Source of the DNA: Nemertoderma westbladi
Lineage: Eukaryota > Animalia > Xenacoelomorpha
Direction: 5' to 3'
Assembly: GCA_032718475.1 (NCBI GenBank)
Contig: JAUCBJ010000735.1
Span: 47,444-111,443, forward strand
Length of the DNA stretch: 64,000 nucleotides
How positions within the stretch are numbered: position 1 is the first letter of the stretch; each line of letters begins with the position of its first letter. The translations under genes were made by a program, and so were the position numbers. Positions 10,052 through 23,466 of this stretch are shown here, in pieces. The notes under the pieces are model-generated. The model made no database searches. It worked only from the letters and a program-made list of their open reading frames with translations, and was not told the origin of the DNA.

Positions 10052-13000
10052 CTATTTACTAATATTGGGTGGAGATTTGTAGTCTCCTGTCTCGTTTCTA
10101 GTCTCTTCAAGGAGTACGAGACGTTGTACAGGCCTATCTACGGTACGTCCGTCGATAGTCCTTACAGTAACTGTCCTCACTACACCAGATGTAGGGTGCG
10201 TGGTCAAAATGACTCCAGTCAACCAAAACCGTCTTTTCAGATTAGCTTCAGCCAATAAAACATGGTCACCACGTCTTAAACATCGGGTATTTAGATACCA
10301 AGAGGTTCTGGTTGAAATAGAGGGCAAATAATATTTCTGCCATATTTCCCAGAATTTATTTGCAAGTAATTGAGTGATTTTCCAAGCCTTGTTGCCGTAT
10401 CCGTCACTATCAACGGGTACCGAAATGGGCAACAATGTCGTTGGCGCCTGCATAAGCAGGTGCGCTGGTGTCAAGGCAAACTGTACGTCGTTATTGTCTG
10501 GGATCAGAGCGATCGGTTTAAGATTGCTTCGATTTCTATTAGTAACGTCGTCAGTTGGTCGTCTGTCAATATGTGTTGCGTCGGTAGGACTTTAGCCATA
10601 GCTGTCTTAATTGAGCCAATCAGCCTTTCCCAAACGCCGCCTCTCCACGGACTGTCAGGAGTGTTGAAATTCCAAACAATACGGTGAGGACGCAGTTCCT
10701 CGGAAATCTGGTTTTGGTCCAACTTTCTCAAAGCTCTGGTTATCTCGTTTCGTGCACCCACAAAGTTTGTCCCTTGGTCGCAGTAAATGGATTTGACCAA
10801 TCCACGTCTAGCGATAAATCGCCGTAAGGCTAGGATAAAGGCATTGGTGGTCAAATCTGTCACTCGCTCTATATGGACAGCTCTGCTGGCCATGCAAGTG
10901 AAGATCAATCCCCAACGTTTTACCTGTACCCTTCCGCGTTTCGCGATTATGGGTCCAAAACAGTCTATCCCTGTCTCAGTGAAAGGGGGTCTAAACGCCT
11001 GTAATCTAGCTAATGGTAGTTCACTCATTTCTTGGTGTCCTATCCTCGCGTGCACCTTCTTACAAATCATACAGTTCCGTGTTACCGAACTCAGTGCCTT
11101 ACTAGGTCTAATCAGTACAAACCTCGAGCGTAAGTGTGATAGACAGTGGTGTCTACCCACGTGTTTGAGTTGTACATGTGCGTCCAGTATCATAGGGCGC
11201 TGTAATTCATGGTGTTGTGGTATGATGATAGGATACCTAAAGTCAAGTGCAAAGTCGATGTTTTGGAGTCTGGACTTGTGACAAAGTAAGCCCCGGTAAA
11301 TAATCGGACTCCAACTCAAAATCGGTGAAGACTTAATCTGTTTACCTTGTTTGATCGCTGTGAACTCTCGTGCGAAATATCGCAATTGATAATGTCGAAT
11401 GATATCAACTTCACAGTGGCCAACTTCCTTTAAGGTAAGTCTTCTAGGAAAGTCGCGTTTGCCTCTGGCATATTGTCTCAATCGTTTGAGCCATGCTAAC
11501 TTGCGGCACGCATCAGTCCATGATCTAGTTAGGTTCACTATCCTGTCAATGTAAGTGTTAGTGACGTCATCAGGTAAGGTGTAGTCGTAGTGTGGATACT
11601 TGTCTGGACTTGGTAGGCCCACGGGCCTTCCGGTAGGTTTGTCTGAGTCCCCAAGTACGTCAATCTTTACGGTCTTACCTTTACCGTCCGCACCTAATGT
11701 GTCGACTGGCAGTAACGGTTTCAACTCTACAGTGTCAGTGTGTTCCTGTGAGCCTGTAAGCTTCCTAACCTTAGTCACACGTTTACCTGTAGGTAGGTCA
11801 AGTACTTTCTTTGAGCGGAGTGTGATCGCTGTGGCCACACCTTTGTCGTCCAAAGAAGTCAAATTCGGTAAGTCTCTAAAGGTCCGCTCCAATGGGTCTT
11901 TTAGTGGAGTATCTAGTAGACAGTCTGGTGAAGCGTCCGGTGAACAGTCTGGCGAGACGTCTGGTGAGACATAGCGCGGAACTTCCAGCGAAATGTCTTG
12001 TCGTCGGTCCCAAAGTCTGTCTGGCGTAACTTCCGTCAGAAAGTCTGGTTCAAAGTCTGGTGGACAGTCTGTCGAGATGTCTGGTGGAAAGTCTGGTGAG
12101 ACGTCCGGTAGACATTCTGTCGAGAGTTCCATCAAACAATCTGGCAAACAATCCGGAGAACAATCTGGTGTTGCTTCTGGTGAATAGTCTGGCGAGTGAT
12201 CTGGTGAACAATCCGGCGAAACGTCTGGTGAAATCTCCCGCGGAACATCCGGCGAAGGATTCGTACAAGCGTCTGGTCGAATGTCTGGTGAGACGTCTGG
12301 CGTAATGTCAGGTCTGGCATCCAGGTCATCAGATTTCGTCCGTCCTTTTTTCCTCTTGACCTTGGCGTTGGCTTTCGCTTTAGACTTGACAACCTTGTCG
12401 ATTTTTATCTCGGCACCCTCTGGTATGGTGTTGGTTGTCGCGTCGAATAACGGTGGCCATTCGTCTGATGGTCGCTGTAGGAAATCGGGTCCTCTAAACC
12501 AAAAGGATTTATTGTCCGGTTTACAAAAGTCAAGCGGTTGCATCCCCCGTGACGCGATGTCAGCTGGGTTCAGCTTCCCTGGACAGTGACGTCAATCTTG
12601 TTTGAGCGACCGGTCAGGTATTTCAGCCCGTCTGTTGGCTACGAAAGTCTTGAACTCAAACGCTTTGTTGTTTATGTACCAAAGTACCAACGTCGCATCC
12701 ATCCAATATGTGACCTTCAAGTTAGCCTCCAGCTCGCATTGAACTAGACTGACAATATCGGTGGATATCGTCCCGGCTTGCAGCTCCCCACGAGGTACAG
12801 TCATATACTTCAATGGCATTGTTCTAGCCCTTGAAGTAACGAGAGATACATCGTAGCTGTCCGATTTCACTTGTCGTCTAAGGTATAAAGTAACCCCCAA
12901 TCCATCCTTGCTAGCGTCACTAAAGCTGTGAAGCTCTAAATCGGCAGGAAAGGTGGTTTGCAAAGGAAAGTATACCCTCGGTATGGTATATTCTTGTAGG

Positions 13001-16000
13001 AACGTCAGTTGGGCTTCCCAGTCCCTCCATCGCTCAGCTAACTTTTCTGGGATGGGATTGTCCCATTCCAGTCCGGCTTGCCAAATGCTGCGGAGTATGA
13101 TCCTGGCATGTAGGATCACTGGACTAATGAAACACAATGGGTCATACAATCGACTCATGGTCGATAAGCAAGTCCTCTTAGTGAGAGGTCTAGTCTGGTC
13201 GTTGGACCTTACACGTACCCTAAAGTTGTCCGTGTTAGGGTCCCAACTAAGTCCTAATACTTTGGTCGTCGGCAGAGGTTCTAGGTCTAAGTCCAAGTCA
13301 CCTCCACTGCGATCCATCGGGTCAAATGAGTTCACCAGCTCGGGTTCGTTGGAAGCGAACTTCGTCAGGTGAAATCCGCCCTCGGCGAGACAATCCTGGA
13401 GTTGGTGTGCTACGGTTGTAGCGCGCTCCAAGGTGTCACAACTCTTGAGGCCGTCATCCACGTAGAAATCTCGTTCCACGGTCCGAACTACTTCTGGGTC
13501 AAATTGGTCTCGTCTGTCTAATGCGGTCTGCTTTAATGCGTACATGGTGCAGTTGGGGCTGTCCCTGGCTCCGAATACTCATACCTGCATTTGGTAAGTT
13601 TCTGGCGGAAGTTGTAAGTTTCCATCCGGATACCAAAGAAACCTCAAGCTGTCCCTGTCCCGCTCCAAAGCCTTAACCTGGTGAAACATGGCCTCTACGT
13701 CACAGGTGAAAGCCACTTTGCGTTGTCTAAAACGCATTAGGACTCCCATGAGGTAATTGTTCATATTCGGCCCGTCCATCAGTTCGCTATTCATAGACAT
13801 CCCTTGGTAAAGCGCGGCGCAGTCATTGACTACACGCACCTTGCCAGGTTTGTCCGGGTGTCGAACAAAATGATGTGGCAGGTAATATGTCTGGTCTGTG
13901 GTTACCTCGGGATTTAACATCCTAATGGCGTATCCCTTTTAGAGATACGTCTGAAGTTGTGCATTGTATTGCATATGGGCCGTCTCGTCTCGCAACAATC
14001 GCTGCCTTATTGATTTGAGTCGCCTCAAAGCAAGCGGGTAATTGTTAACGAGCTTAGGTTGTCCATTGCGCCACAACATACCAACCTCATAGTGGCCATT
14101 CGCGGTCTGGCGAATGGTATCTCTCATAATATTTAATGACCGTTTTTCCTGTTCTGACATAGCGGTCTCGTAACTACCGGGTTCTGCTGAGTCCTGTTCC
14201 AACCATTGAATGGTCCGTTCAGTCAGCAGTCGGTCAAGCGCTGCTTGCACTGCGCCATGGTCCTCGTCCACGTCTTCGTCCGCTGTGGTGGCTAGTGTCA
14301 ATGTGTCTGGTAGGCTCGCAAGCCTTCCGGTGTCACTAGTCGGCGTCGAATCGTCGTGCGGCGGTTTGACAACTTCTTGATCTATCGGTAGGCTCGCAAG
14401 CCTTCCAAGATCAACGACCGGTGTCGAAGCCTGGTGGGTGGGGTCAATGACCTTCGGATTTTTCGGTAGGCTCGCAAGCCTTCCAAAATCCTCGTTCATC
14501 GAGTCATCCATGGCAACAACCCTTTGGTCTTCAGTAGTCAATACAACCTGGTCTACTGCAAGTAGTTGTAAGTCAGAGGTCCGTATGGTCGTGTCCAGAT
14601 CGGTTACGTCAGTATCGGTGGCGTCTGCGTTTGCGACGCAAGTCTGTCGTAGTGCCGTCTGTACAATTGGACCACAGGAGTGTGAAGGAGAATTATCTAT
14701 CGTGTTAGTCAATAAACTACACGTACTCAAAACGTCGTCCTCCTGGTCACTTACCTCTAGTGAACGTATTGGTGCTCTAGTATACCAACCTATGGGAGTT
14801 CTACATGCGTAGGGGTTGCCCGCTGTAATAACAGATGGGCGTGTCTCCCATACCTGATGTAAGTTAAACTGGTCTGTCCCAATTAACATCGCAATGGAAC
14901 GATAATTAACAGGACATTCCGGTATTCCAAGGTGTCGGAAATACTTACGATCTTCCGGTGATTGCTCTGGCACAGGGCCGAGCAAGTTACTAAAGTCCTT
15001 CGTAGCTGCAAAGGTCAAATTTCTTACCGGAAGTAATGAGCGCTCCTCCTTGCTGTGTTCCGCTTTGGAAAGAAGAGTGTCTAAAGTTAGTTTTACTCTC
15101 GTCACAGGGATCGCTCTCTTACCATGCATGCTGCTTACAGTATACTGAGCAGTCTTACCTTGACTCATGTCCGTAACTACGTCGGCTACTTGTTCGTCGA
15201 CATAGCTATGTGATGACGCAGAGTCTAAGATGGCGTATATACGCTTGCTCCCTCGGGTTCCGGTAATCTTTATAGGAATCATGCTAAACCCTTTCAGTTG
15301 GTTCTGTGTGAGGAGCGTTATCGAACGCTGTTCCTCACCTGCATGCACGTAGAAAGTGTCGTCTTCCTCCTCGTTCTCGTCCGATGATCCTGACTGATCC
15401 ATACAGTCTGTATAAAAGGTACGGATCTCGCGCAGCGCATGCTCCTTGTAAAGCGCGTCGCATCTAGCCGCTTTATCTGGATGCTCTCGTCGAAAGCGTC
15501 TGGTCGGAGTATGACTGGTTGTGTGAAGCAACGCGTCATGGTTACGTCCACACAGAGAACATGTATCGTCGCTCGGGCAATCCTTCCGGACGTGTCCTGG
15601 CTTCATACATCTCCAACAGGAATCTAACGATCGAATTTGGAGTCTCCTTTCTTCAATCCCTAACTCCTTAAAAGCGCAACATCCACGAAGTTTATGTCCG
15701 CTGTAGTTTCTGCCGTTCTGTTCGCAGTACGAGAATCCCACAAAGTCCGCTGGCAACTGCTGTCGTGGCTGCGTGGTGCCGATAGGCATCAGAACTTTAG
15801 AAGTCTCAGTAGGGGTGGCGTAAGTAACGGCTTTCGCGTTCGTCGGAAGTGGTTTAGTCCGATTCGGCGCAGATATAGCTATCCCTTCCGCCGCGATATG
15901 GTGATCGGTATAGTTCGATCGAGTCTCGATCACGGCCTCCCGTGAAATCAGTTGATAGACATCGGTGAGTTTTAATAACCCTCCGGCCTCTTCACGCTGG

Positions 16001-18880
16001 TACTCGATGCGTCGCCATTCTCGTCGGAGTCGATGGTGAAGTCGACCGATTATTCGAATGAGAACCGTCGGTGCGTTAGCGTACTCGAGTTGTCCAATGG
16101 ATCGTAAAGTCCCTATAGCGTTCTTGATTTTGTCCGCGAGTCGTAAAAGGTCGATTGGTTTCGAAATGTTGCCTCCTCTGCAGAGGTCTTCGATAATGGA
16201 TTTAGCCATGGCGACGTTACCTCCGTAAATCGAATATAAACGGTCGTACGCCAACTCAAAGGCATCGGGAACACCAATAAAGGTTTCCACTAATCGTTTC
16301 GGCTCACCAGACAGAACTTGGAGCAAGTAATTAAACTTCTCCGTCGAGGTGAAAGCATACTTAGCGATCTGGGACTCTACGTAGTCTACCAGTGTGCGCC
16401 AGTGTTTCGCGTTGCCAGAGAACTTTGGCGGTTGCTGTGCCGGTAATCCGTGTCTAGCCGCGAATTTCGCAATCTCGCTAACTAAGTCCAACTGTCCGCG
16501 TCCCTGTTCGGCGGCGTCGTCCAGTCGCTCCCTTCCGCGCGTTGTTCGTCGGTAGGAATTATTAACGGGATCTTCTTCTCGATGTGTCGGAGTCCGTCTA
16601 GTCTCCTGTTCTCTCCTTGGTGGTCGATGTTGTCTAGGTTGTTCCAACTCCACGCTGGTTCGTGATCGATCCGACGGTTGCGCTTCGAGTCGTTCTTCGA
16701 GTTGAGCTATTCGGTCCGTCATCTCGGTGAACTGTTTGGCGCTGATCGTTTCCGCTGGTTTCAATGTGGGTTTCTGTTGGGGTGTTTCTCGAGGTGGATT
16801 GTCGATGTATGGATTTGTCGACCTCTCCTCTCGTTTGTAATCCTCCGCCGCTCCAGTACGGAATATTTCCCGTTCCGTCGACTCCGAGTCGCTGGATGAG
16901 TCGCTGTCGTCCGGATAAGGTGGCTGGCGGGTTTGTGTCCGGCGTATTATTCTTGGTCTCGTCCGTTGTGGTCCGGGATCTACGGCTCTCCATTGTTCGG
17001 TAGGCTCGCAAGCCTTCCACGAAGTCGTAGGTCTCGTTATGCGTTGTCCGATCCCGTGGGTACTACCCACATCCATCCTCCTCCGTTGTTCGGTAGGCTC
17101 GCAAGCCTTCCACGAAGTCGTAGGTTGCGTCGAACATTGTGTCAACGGTCGAGTGAAATAGTCGGGTTTCGTAGTCGGTCTATAAATAACTGGGTTCGCA
17201 CAGCACGTCACAGGTTTAACTTGTAATGGTTTACTCACCTGTTTAATGGTCATAAACGCAGGTTCCTCTCTTCCTACAAGTAGACTACGACTTACTGTAG
17301 GTGGACTAGTTATGTTACCTGCTAAAATTGGTGATGAAGTCGCCCTAGGTTGCGGTATTTCTGTCACAACAAACCTGTTGCCTTGCGTCGAACGCACAGG
17401 CGTTATTTCCTTAGGTTTCGTAACAAAGACCGGTTTTATCGAAGTCGCGGGTTTGAGCATAGGAATAACTTGGGGAAAACGTTTACAGTAATCCTCGACG
17501 AACTCCTCTCCTCGATCTATCGCTCCCACACTTCCTTCCTCGATTCGCTTCTGTATTCCGCGATATCGAGCTTCCATACGATCCAGGGCAGACAAGTCCT
17601 GTCCAGCTCGCGATCTTATAGATCTATCTCTCGCGTCGAGTTCAAGGTCCGCTTGCGCGTTTGCTGCCTCACGAGATCTACGATTCAATTCGAACTGTAG
17701 TTGCATCTCCCTTTCGCGTCGATCCGCTACTTGTTGTTGTGCCGCTAACTCCGCTTCCTGTATAGCTAAACGAGTGGCTATTTGTCGCGCTTCCAACTTG
17801 GCGCGAGCGTCGGATGCTGCTTTCTTCCGTGCTAATTTGTCGGCTGCCGCCGCTGCGGCTGCTTCTTGCGCTAAATCTTCCTCTAGTCTCCTCATCTCTG
17901 AGGATTCTAATTCTGCTTGCGCCTTGAGTTGCGCAATTTTTGTCTCATCTTCTCTATATTGTTTCTCTCCCTCGATGGCGATCTGTGCCATCTGGTGTTG
18001 CGCTTCTTCCTCGGCGACTTGTTGTCGGCGTGCAACCTCCTGTTGTTGTCGAGTAATCACAGACGCTGTCCTACTAACGTCGCCAACGTCGCTCCGCATG
18101 CTAACGAACGATCTATCCAGAGGTGGATGCTGGTAGGCTCGCGAGCCTTAGTGAGAACTTCCGTCGTCCCTCGCGGTTCGACTTCCGGTTCTTCGATCGG
18201 TACGCCGCATCTACGAAGAAAATTGGTGATCGTTTCCAACCTCCCGTCCAGGCAGTAGAGTTCTTCTTCCTCTTCGGGTTGTAACAACGCGTCCGAAACT
18301 GACTCACCTAGCAGTTGGTCAAACTGCTCCTGTTGAGCCAATCTTATCACCGACTTAAACTGGATAAGGCTTTCTCTCGCACTTACCAACTTGTCTATTA
18401 TCTTTACCTGAGTAAAGTTATCACCACGCAACTCTGCAAGTTCGTGTAAACCTTTAAGTTTATCTACGGAGCTATGCTCCGTAGGATAAGACTTTCTATC
18501 CTTACTTGTAAGGTGTAGAACTCGTATCTCAACATCGGGGCGGTTAACTCGCGTAAAACGCGAAAACCTTCTCCGAGGTTCCGAGTAATCTGGGCCATGT
18601 GTCCTCCTATACTCCTAATAACGTTCTCCTGGCTTCCAGTCGAACTTACCATGTCCGGTTCCCGCGATCTAGTCTGCGGGACGGTAAGGAAATCTTTGAT
18701 TCTGCCGTCGCCACGCGTTGCGGCTTCCGGTATTTCCGTTCGGGGTACCGGCGACGCAAGCGGTGTGACATCGGTGGAATCCCGGGTTCTCCTTCTCGGT
18801 TCGTCTACTGTCGATCTGTCCGGGTCGCACGAGTCATAGTCGGTAGGTGGGTATCTCGTCGAATGGGGTGTGTCACTCAT
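10052..18880 (-). pseudogene. Element B gag-pol polyprotein (BEL/Pao), disabled
   Basis: Gag (PPKFSG..EKFNYL; CWRCMKPGHVRKDC, CSLCGRNHDALLH), protease ILDSASSHSY, RT YLPHH..KVRVV..FYVDD, RNase H FSDAS..PRGEL, integrase H-H-C-C, GIDCFGP, CDQGTNF, GVWERL. In-frame stops at ~13940, ~13580, ~12593; frame changes near 18450, 18080, 10500. Confidence 0.95.
11900..12320 (-). repeat. Degenerate 12-bp coding repeat (xSPD/CPD tetrapeptides) between RNase H and integrase
   Basis: Translation PDITPDVSPDIRPD...SPDCSPDHSPDYSP. Confidence 0.85.
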
Positions 18881-19828
18881 GTCTTATTATATACGTCAAG
18901 TACGGGTAATAAAATGTCAAAGTGTCTGAATGTTGAAGTGTCAAACTTACCTTGTTATATATAGTATATATATACCCTAACCGGTACAAATAAATCAACA
19001 AGTCAGAATGTCGAAATGTCAAAATGTCGAAATGTACAAATGTCAAACTTACCTTGATATATATATATATCATTTATATACCCTAACCGGTACAAATAAA
19101 ACTAACAAAGTATATAATAAAATAAGTAATAATCTAGCCTACCGGCTAAATTTGTACGAATAAATGAGATAACGGTATACGTTACCAAAATATAGATCAA
19201 AAAGTACAAATAATAGGCAAAACAGCAATGTCTAACGGGAAAATAAGTACCAACAACACTACTAATAGACAGTGAAACCCACAAATTTTGAGTACTACTG
19301 TGCTTTTTTAAGTTTAAACGACGCGAGTCGTAAAACTTACGTTCCTTTGATCTTCCAGTCGTACAAATTCCCAAATACAAACCGGACGTGGGTCGTTCCT
19401 TTTTTTCGGCGGCGCGGACGAATTTATTGTCTCCCAAACTTTGCGAAAAGCGGTCTAATCCTCGAAGCGGTCCAGAAATGAGTCCTTGAGTCCTGAAAGG
19501 TCGAAGGTGAGAGTTTTACTTCTACGCTATGAAAAATCTTCCTAGGTACCGATACAAATTGGTCTTTAAACCCTATGTACCTTTTCAAGTACCGAAAGTA
19601 ACACCGCACACACACGGCGTAAAACAAAGTGCTACAAACTAACTGTTAGCTAGTCAAATATTAAATACGAAAGTACTAGCTACCCTAAAAGCCTACTGAA
19701 GCAGGGGACGTTCTAAATTACTAAATTTACTAACCTTAAATTTTAAATATCTCCTACTTTCAATAGCTAACAGATCTAAATAATACTATACACTACGGTA
19801 GAAATACTATATACTAATTTATATAAAA

Positions 19829-19838
19829 TACTTCTCAC
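19829..19838 (-). promoter_or_regulatory. Element B atypical PBS (GTGAGAAGTA), complementary to LTR site 21045-21054
   Basis: Immediately follows the 5' LTR end; no TGG; perfect 10-nt inverted match inside the LTR. Confidence 0.7.
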
Positions 19839-22070
19839 TGTAAGGTCCAGTAGTATACCGCTTACCGGATCCTAGTAACGATGTATCTTACCGTAAGATC
19901 TAGTAATGTATACGGGCTCGTACAGTATCTGACAACAAATCCCAGTCCAGGATATCTAAACAAACAGATACAATACACAAACGACTACTGGCGAGGAACA
20001 GAGCCTAGTGTCTATTCTATGTACGTGAGCGGGTCTAATGCCTACGAAACTAGACAAAAGGATACCTGTCCTCTAACCGGTGAGGCAGATGTACAGTTAC
20101 AGTAACAGACCAAACTCACGGGAAAACAATCCCCGCGCAGCGAATCCTAACTATTACTGACAGTCCTAAATACTGTAACTTGCCGCGGTGTGATTTATAT
20201 GGTTTATATACGAGCTAGTGGGTTAACAGACCTAGCGTAACAACACTGATTCAGTCCTAAATCAGTCGAAAGAGGGTCGTGCCTAATGTAACAATACAGC
20301 TGAACAGGAAACAACAGTTTAATAACGAAAATGAAATGCTCTCTCTTGCCGTAACTAAATATCAGATCCTAATTTACAAATACAGTTAAGTTCTACCTAA
20401 AGTAATATATAGTACGCTATAACTAGTAGAACTATAAGGGCGAATATGTTTTAGGGCGTGTGTGTGTGGGTGTGTTACAAATAAAACAATTTTATGTATC
20501 TCCTTTCACTAGGTTTTAGTGATTTTCTGACCGAAATGATACCGTGCGCTAGCTACTAAAATAAACTAGTCGCGTTTTGTAGAACTTTATACTCACAAAT
20601 GACGTCAAAGCTCTCTCCTTCCTATCCACAACTCAATGGGCAACCACGGTGTTAGTAACTACACCCGTGATCGGCACTAATACCAGATTCTGGTTGTAAG
20701 ATAAGAAATAGGGGTTAATCGCTACCGTACGTTAGCTGATCTGGTATACTAATTTAATTCTAGAACTTTGTTGCCGCGGTAGTTAGCAGCAATACCTATC
20801 AGTACGTGGCAAGGCGTGGTAGGATATTAATAAAACCTCCCTAGGCCAAGCAGTGTGCCGGTAGCAGAAATACTCCTTGCCTGATCAAATAACTAACTCC
20901 AGACAGGGGGGGGGGGGGTACTAATGTACGTTCTACAAAGCGAACCGGTACCAAACAGTCAGTACTACGAATCACTAAATTATGGAACATATGCTGTCCG
21001 TACCTATGTACTCGCGTACTGACGAATGGCAATAGTTCGCACCTGTGAGAAGTACAGGTTAACCCAGGGGTTCGCAGGACTGACAAAGGGGGGGGGGGGG
21101 GGTTCCTGTCTAAATATAATTATTTGATCCTAAATTTTGCGGCGTCCAGGACGGCGTCACGCTTACCTCTTACGGTGGGCAAGGGCGTCGAACAAAGTCT
21201 TACCTTTCTCACAAAGCGGGCGCTGCATGGCAAGTTGAGCATTTCGAAGGGCAAAGGGGGTGTGCGGTCAAATCCAAAGTGGGCGCTAGCATGTTGTGGA
21301 CATCTTTCCCCTGCGTTGCTGACGGCCTAACGGTCTAGGCTGCCATCTTCCCGATGTTTGGCTGTCCCAAAGTTGGACCAAAAGAAAACATGTTCAGGAA
21401 TTTGCAGTATATTTACAGTTTAGCAAAGGATTTATCAAACAGATTTAACAAAGTTTCAACAAGAAACCAAATAAACTAATAACAATGATATAAGAAGATA
21501 CTAGTGAAGTATAAGGTGTAAGGGTCAAAATGATAAGGTGATAACCGAAGGCAAACCGGCCTTTTTATACTAAATATCGCACATGGAGACCAAACAGAAT
21601 TTTCCACAGCTTCACATTTGAGCAATAAAGTGCTTTATGCCCTATGATTGGCCCAGCTCATCGTTCAACGCAATCCGGCCCTTACACTAATCTGGGACAT
21701 GGAATCCTAACAGAATTTTCCATAGCCTCACATTTGAGCAATAAGATATTTTATGCCCCATGATTGGCCTGGCTCATCGTTCGCTACGTTGTACGCTTCT
21801 CATTGGTCCACCAATTTGCACCAAATGAAAATAAATGGCCCCAAAATACAAATTTCCCGACTGGGATTCGAACTCGTAACCTATCTGTAATGTAACCAAC
21901 GCCTTAACCATCTGACCACTACGCCACGAGAGTACATAGGGGCTTTATGTGTACAAATATAAATAGGCAATATTACATTACTGTAACTTAATCAAAATGC
22001 GTCGGATTTTCGAAAGTTTTTACGTTAAAGTTAAACTACAAATGCTATCTTATAGTGAAATAATTCATCA
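19839..22070 (-). repeat. Element B 5' LTR (2232 bp)
   Basis: Direct repeat of 2636-4891. Contains an internal ~120-bp CCAAT-containing duplication (~21590-21785), and a TATA-like TATATTTA (~21112-21119) with Inr-like TCAGT (21079-21083) on the minus strand. Confidence 0.97.
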
Positions 22071-22075
22071 TTTGG

Positions 22076-23184
22076 TTTAACAGACATAAAAAGCCGTTTC
22101 CTTACTGTACCGGTGTTTTAGTGGACATAAAAAGCCATTTCTTCTGTATGTGTACTTTAGCGGACATAACTAGCGATTTTATGTCGCAATACGCTAAAAT
22201 CCTCTTGACACAGTGTAGTTATTATGACGACGGCTAACAGCTGATCTGTACACATGGAGCTTTTCCTTTGTCTCTTTGTTCGGACAACCAATCACAGCGA
22301 TTCTCCTGATATTTGTACAGAAACCTCCAGTAAATCGCGCAATGCATTACTGTTTATGTTTACATTTTTTCCTGATGCCAGAAGACCGGCTTTGGAATCT
22401 CTGTGTTTTCAGGCTTGAGCAAAACATTAGTAGGCTTGATCATAGAACGTATAACCGTTATCAAACAAACAATTCATACCTAATCAAACAAAACAATTAA
22501 AACACCGCATTTTTACTGCTATTTACTGTCGGTTATTAATTATATCAGTTGATGGAATATTATTATATTGGGATAATATCGATCAATAATCAGAAACCCC
22601 AATCTTCTTGATATACTGAAGGTTAGAGAGACCGGTTGCATATAACAATTGCGACTTACATTATATTGGTTTTGGAGTGAATCTAATGCTATTTCATAGG
22701 CACTACATGAGTCAGTGGTTGTTCTCTTTATATGTGACTAAAATTAGTGAAGGTCGGCAGATCGGTGTGCAGCATTGTGCGGTAGTGTGCATGATTGTGA
22801 CTGATAACGAAGCATCTCCTAAAGAATGCGCTTTATACGTGAATCCATAGCCATCCCGTTGTGTCTAGTGTAAGTCATAACTCTGTTTACATATTTAGAG
22901 CGCCACGTCCTAAAGGAACTGTTAATATTTCCCGAAAGTGAAAAATATTGGTCAGAGATTATATATTAACAATCAGTCGAATAATACAGTAGGCCTACAC
23001 CGCAATAAGGTCAAAGCTTCCGAATCCAGTCTCCCGGGTATATCCAGCGGGTGAATGGTCGCGCATAGACTGGCTTCGGCTAATGTAGTGTATCAAATAC
23101 TCGTCATAGGCTAAAGTCGATTTATAATCTAGAAGACATCTAAATTTGGCAGGTTAAACTGCTAAAGGTCTGAAAGTGCGAACA
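22076..23184 (+). repeat. Element A 5' LTR, distal part (proximal 58 bp at 2578-2635)
   Basis: Joining the two parts reproduces 46286-47356, which has a ~96-bp deletion between GTGT microhomologies. Confidence 0.95.
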
Positions 23185-23195
23185 ATAACGGTTAT
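23185..23195 (+). promoter_or_regulatory. Element A atypical PBS (ATAACGGTTAT), complementary to LTR site 22451-22461
   Basis: Abuts the LTR end; no TGG; reverse complement ATAACCGTTAT lies in the LTR. Confidence 0.75.
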
Positions 23196-23466
23196 TGCTT
23201 CTGTATTGCAACGTAGGCAATAAAGCTGAAGTACCGGTCAACCGGTACCTAGTAGGCCTGACTACCTAACCACCCGGACCGGTACTTACAGCAGTACAGG
23301 TACAGCAGTATTATTCGATTTGATAATTATAAACCGGTAGGCCTTAATATTGAATCAGGGAGGGCCCGCCCTGGTTCTTTATTGAGATTTTACTTATTTC
23401 TGTCAGTTTTATTTATTTGTAGGCCAATATTGAGCAGAAGGCGTGTAAGCCTGCTCAGATTGTACA

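Larger units (their letters stand above)
2636..22070 (-). mobile_element. Element B: ~19.4 kb BEL/Pao LTR retrotransposon with extra 3' ORFs, inserted in the 5' LTR of A
   Basis: TSD TTTGG at 2631-2635 and 22071-22075; ~2.25 kb direct LTRs ending TG...CA. Domain order gag-PR-RT-RH-IN with BEL/Pao motifs. Confidence 0.97.

Noticed and set aside
10370-18964. Many antisense or alternate-frame ORFs over gag-pol
   Set aside because: Shadow ORFs of the real coding frames.
22451-23195. A's PBS/LTR match as a mere near-palindromic direct repeat
   Set aside because: In C the pair has 3 mismatches as a direct repeat but is a perfect reverse complement, and B's pair is not palindromic.
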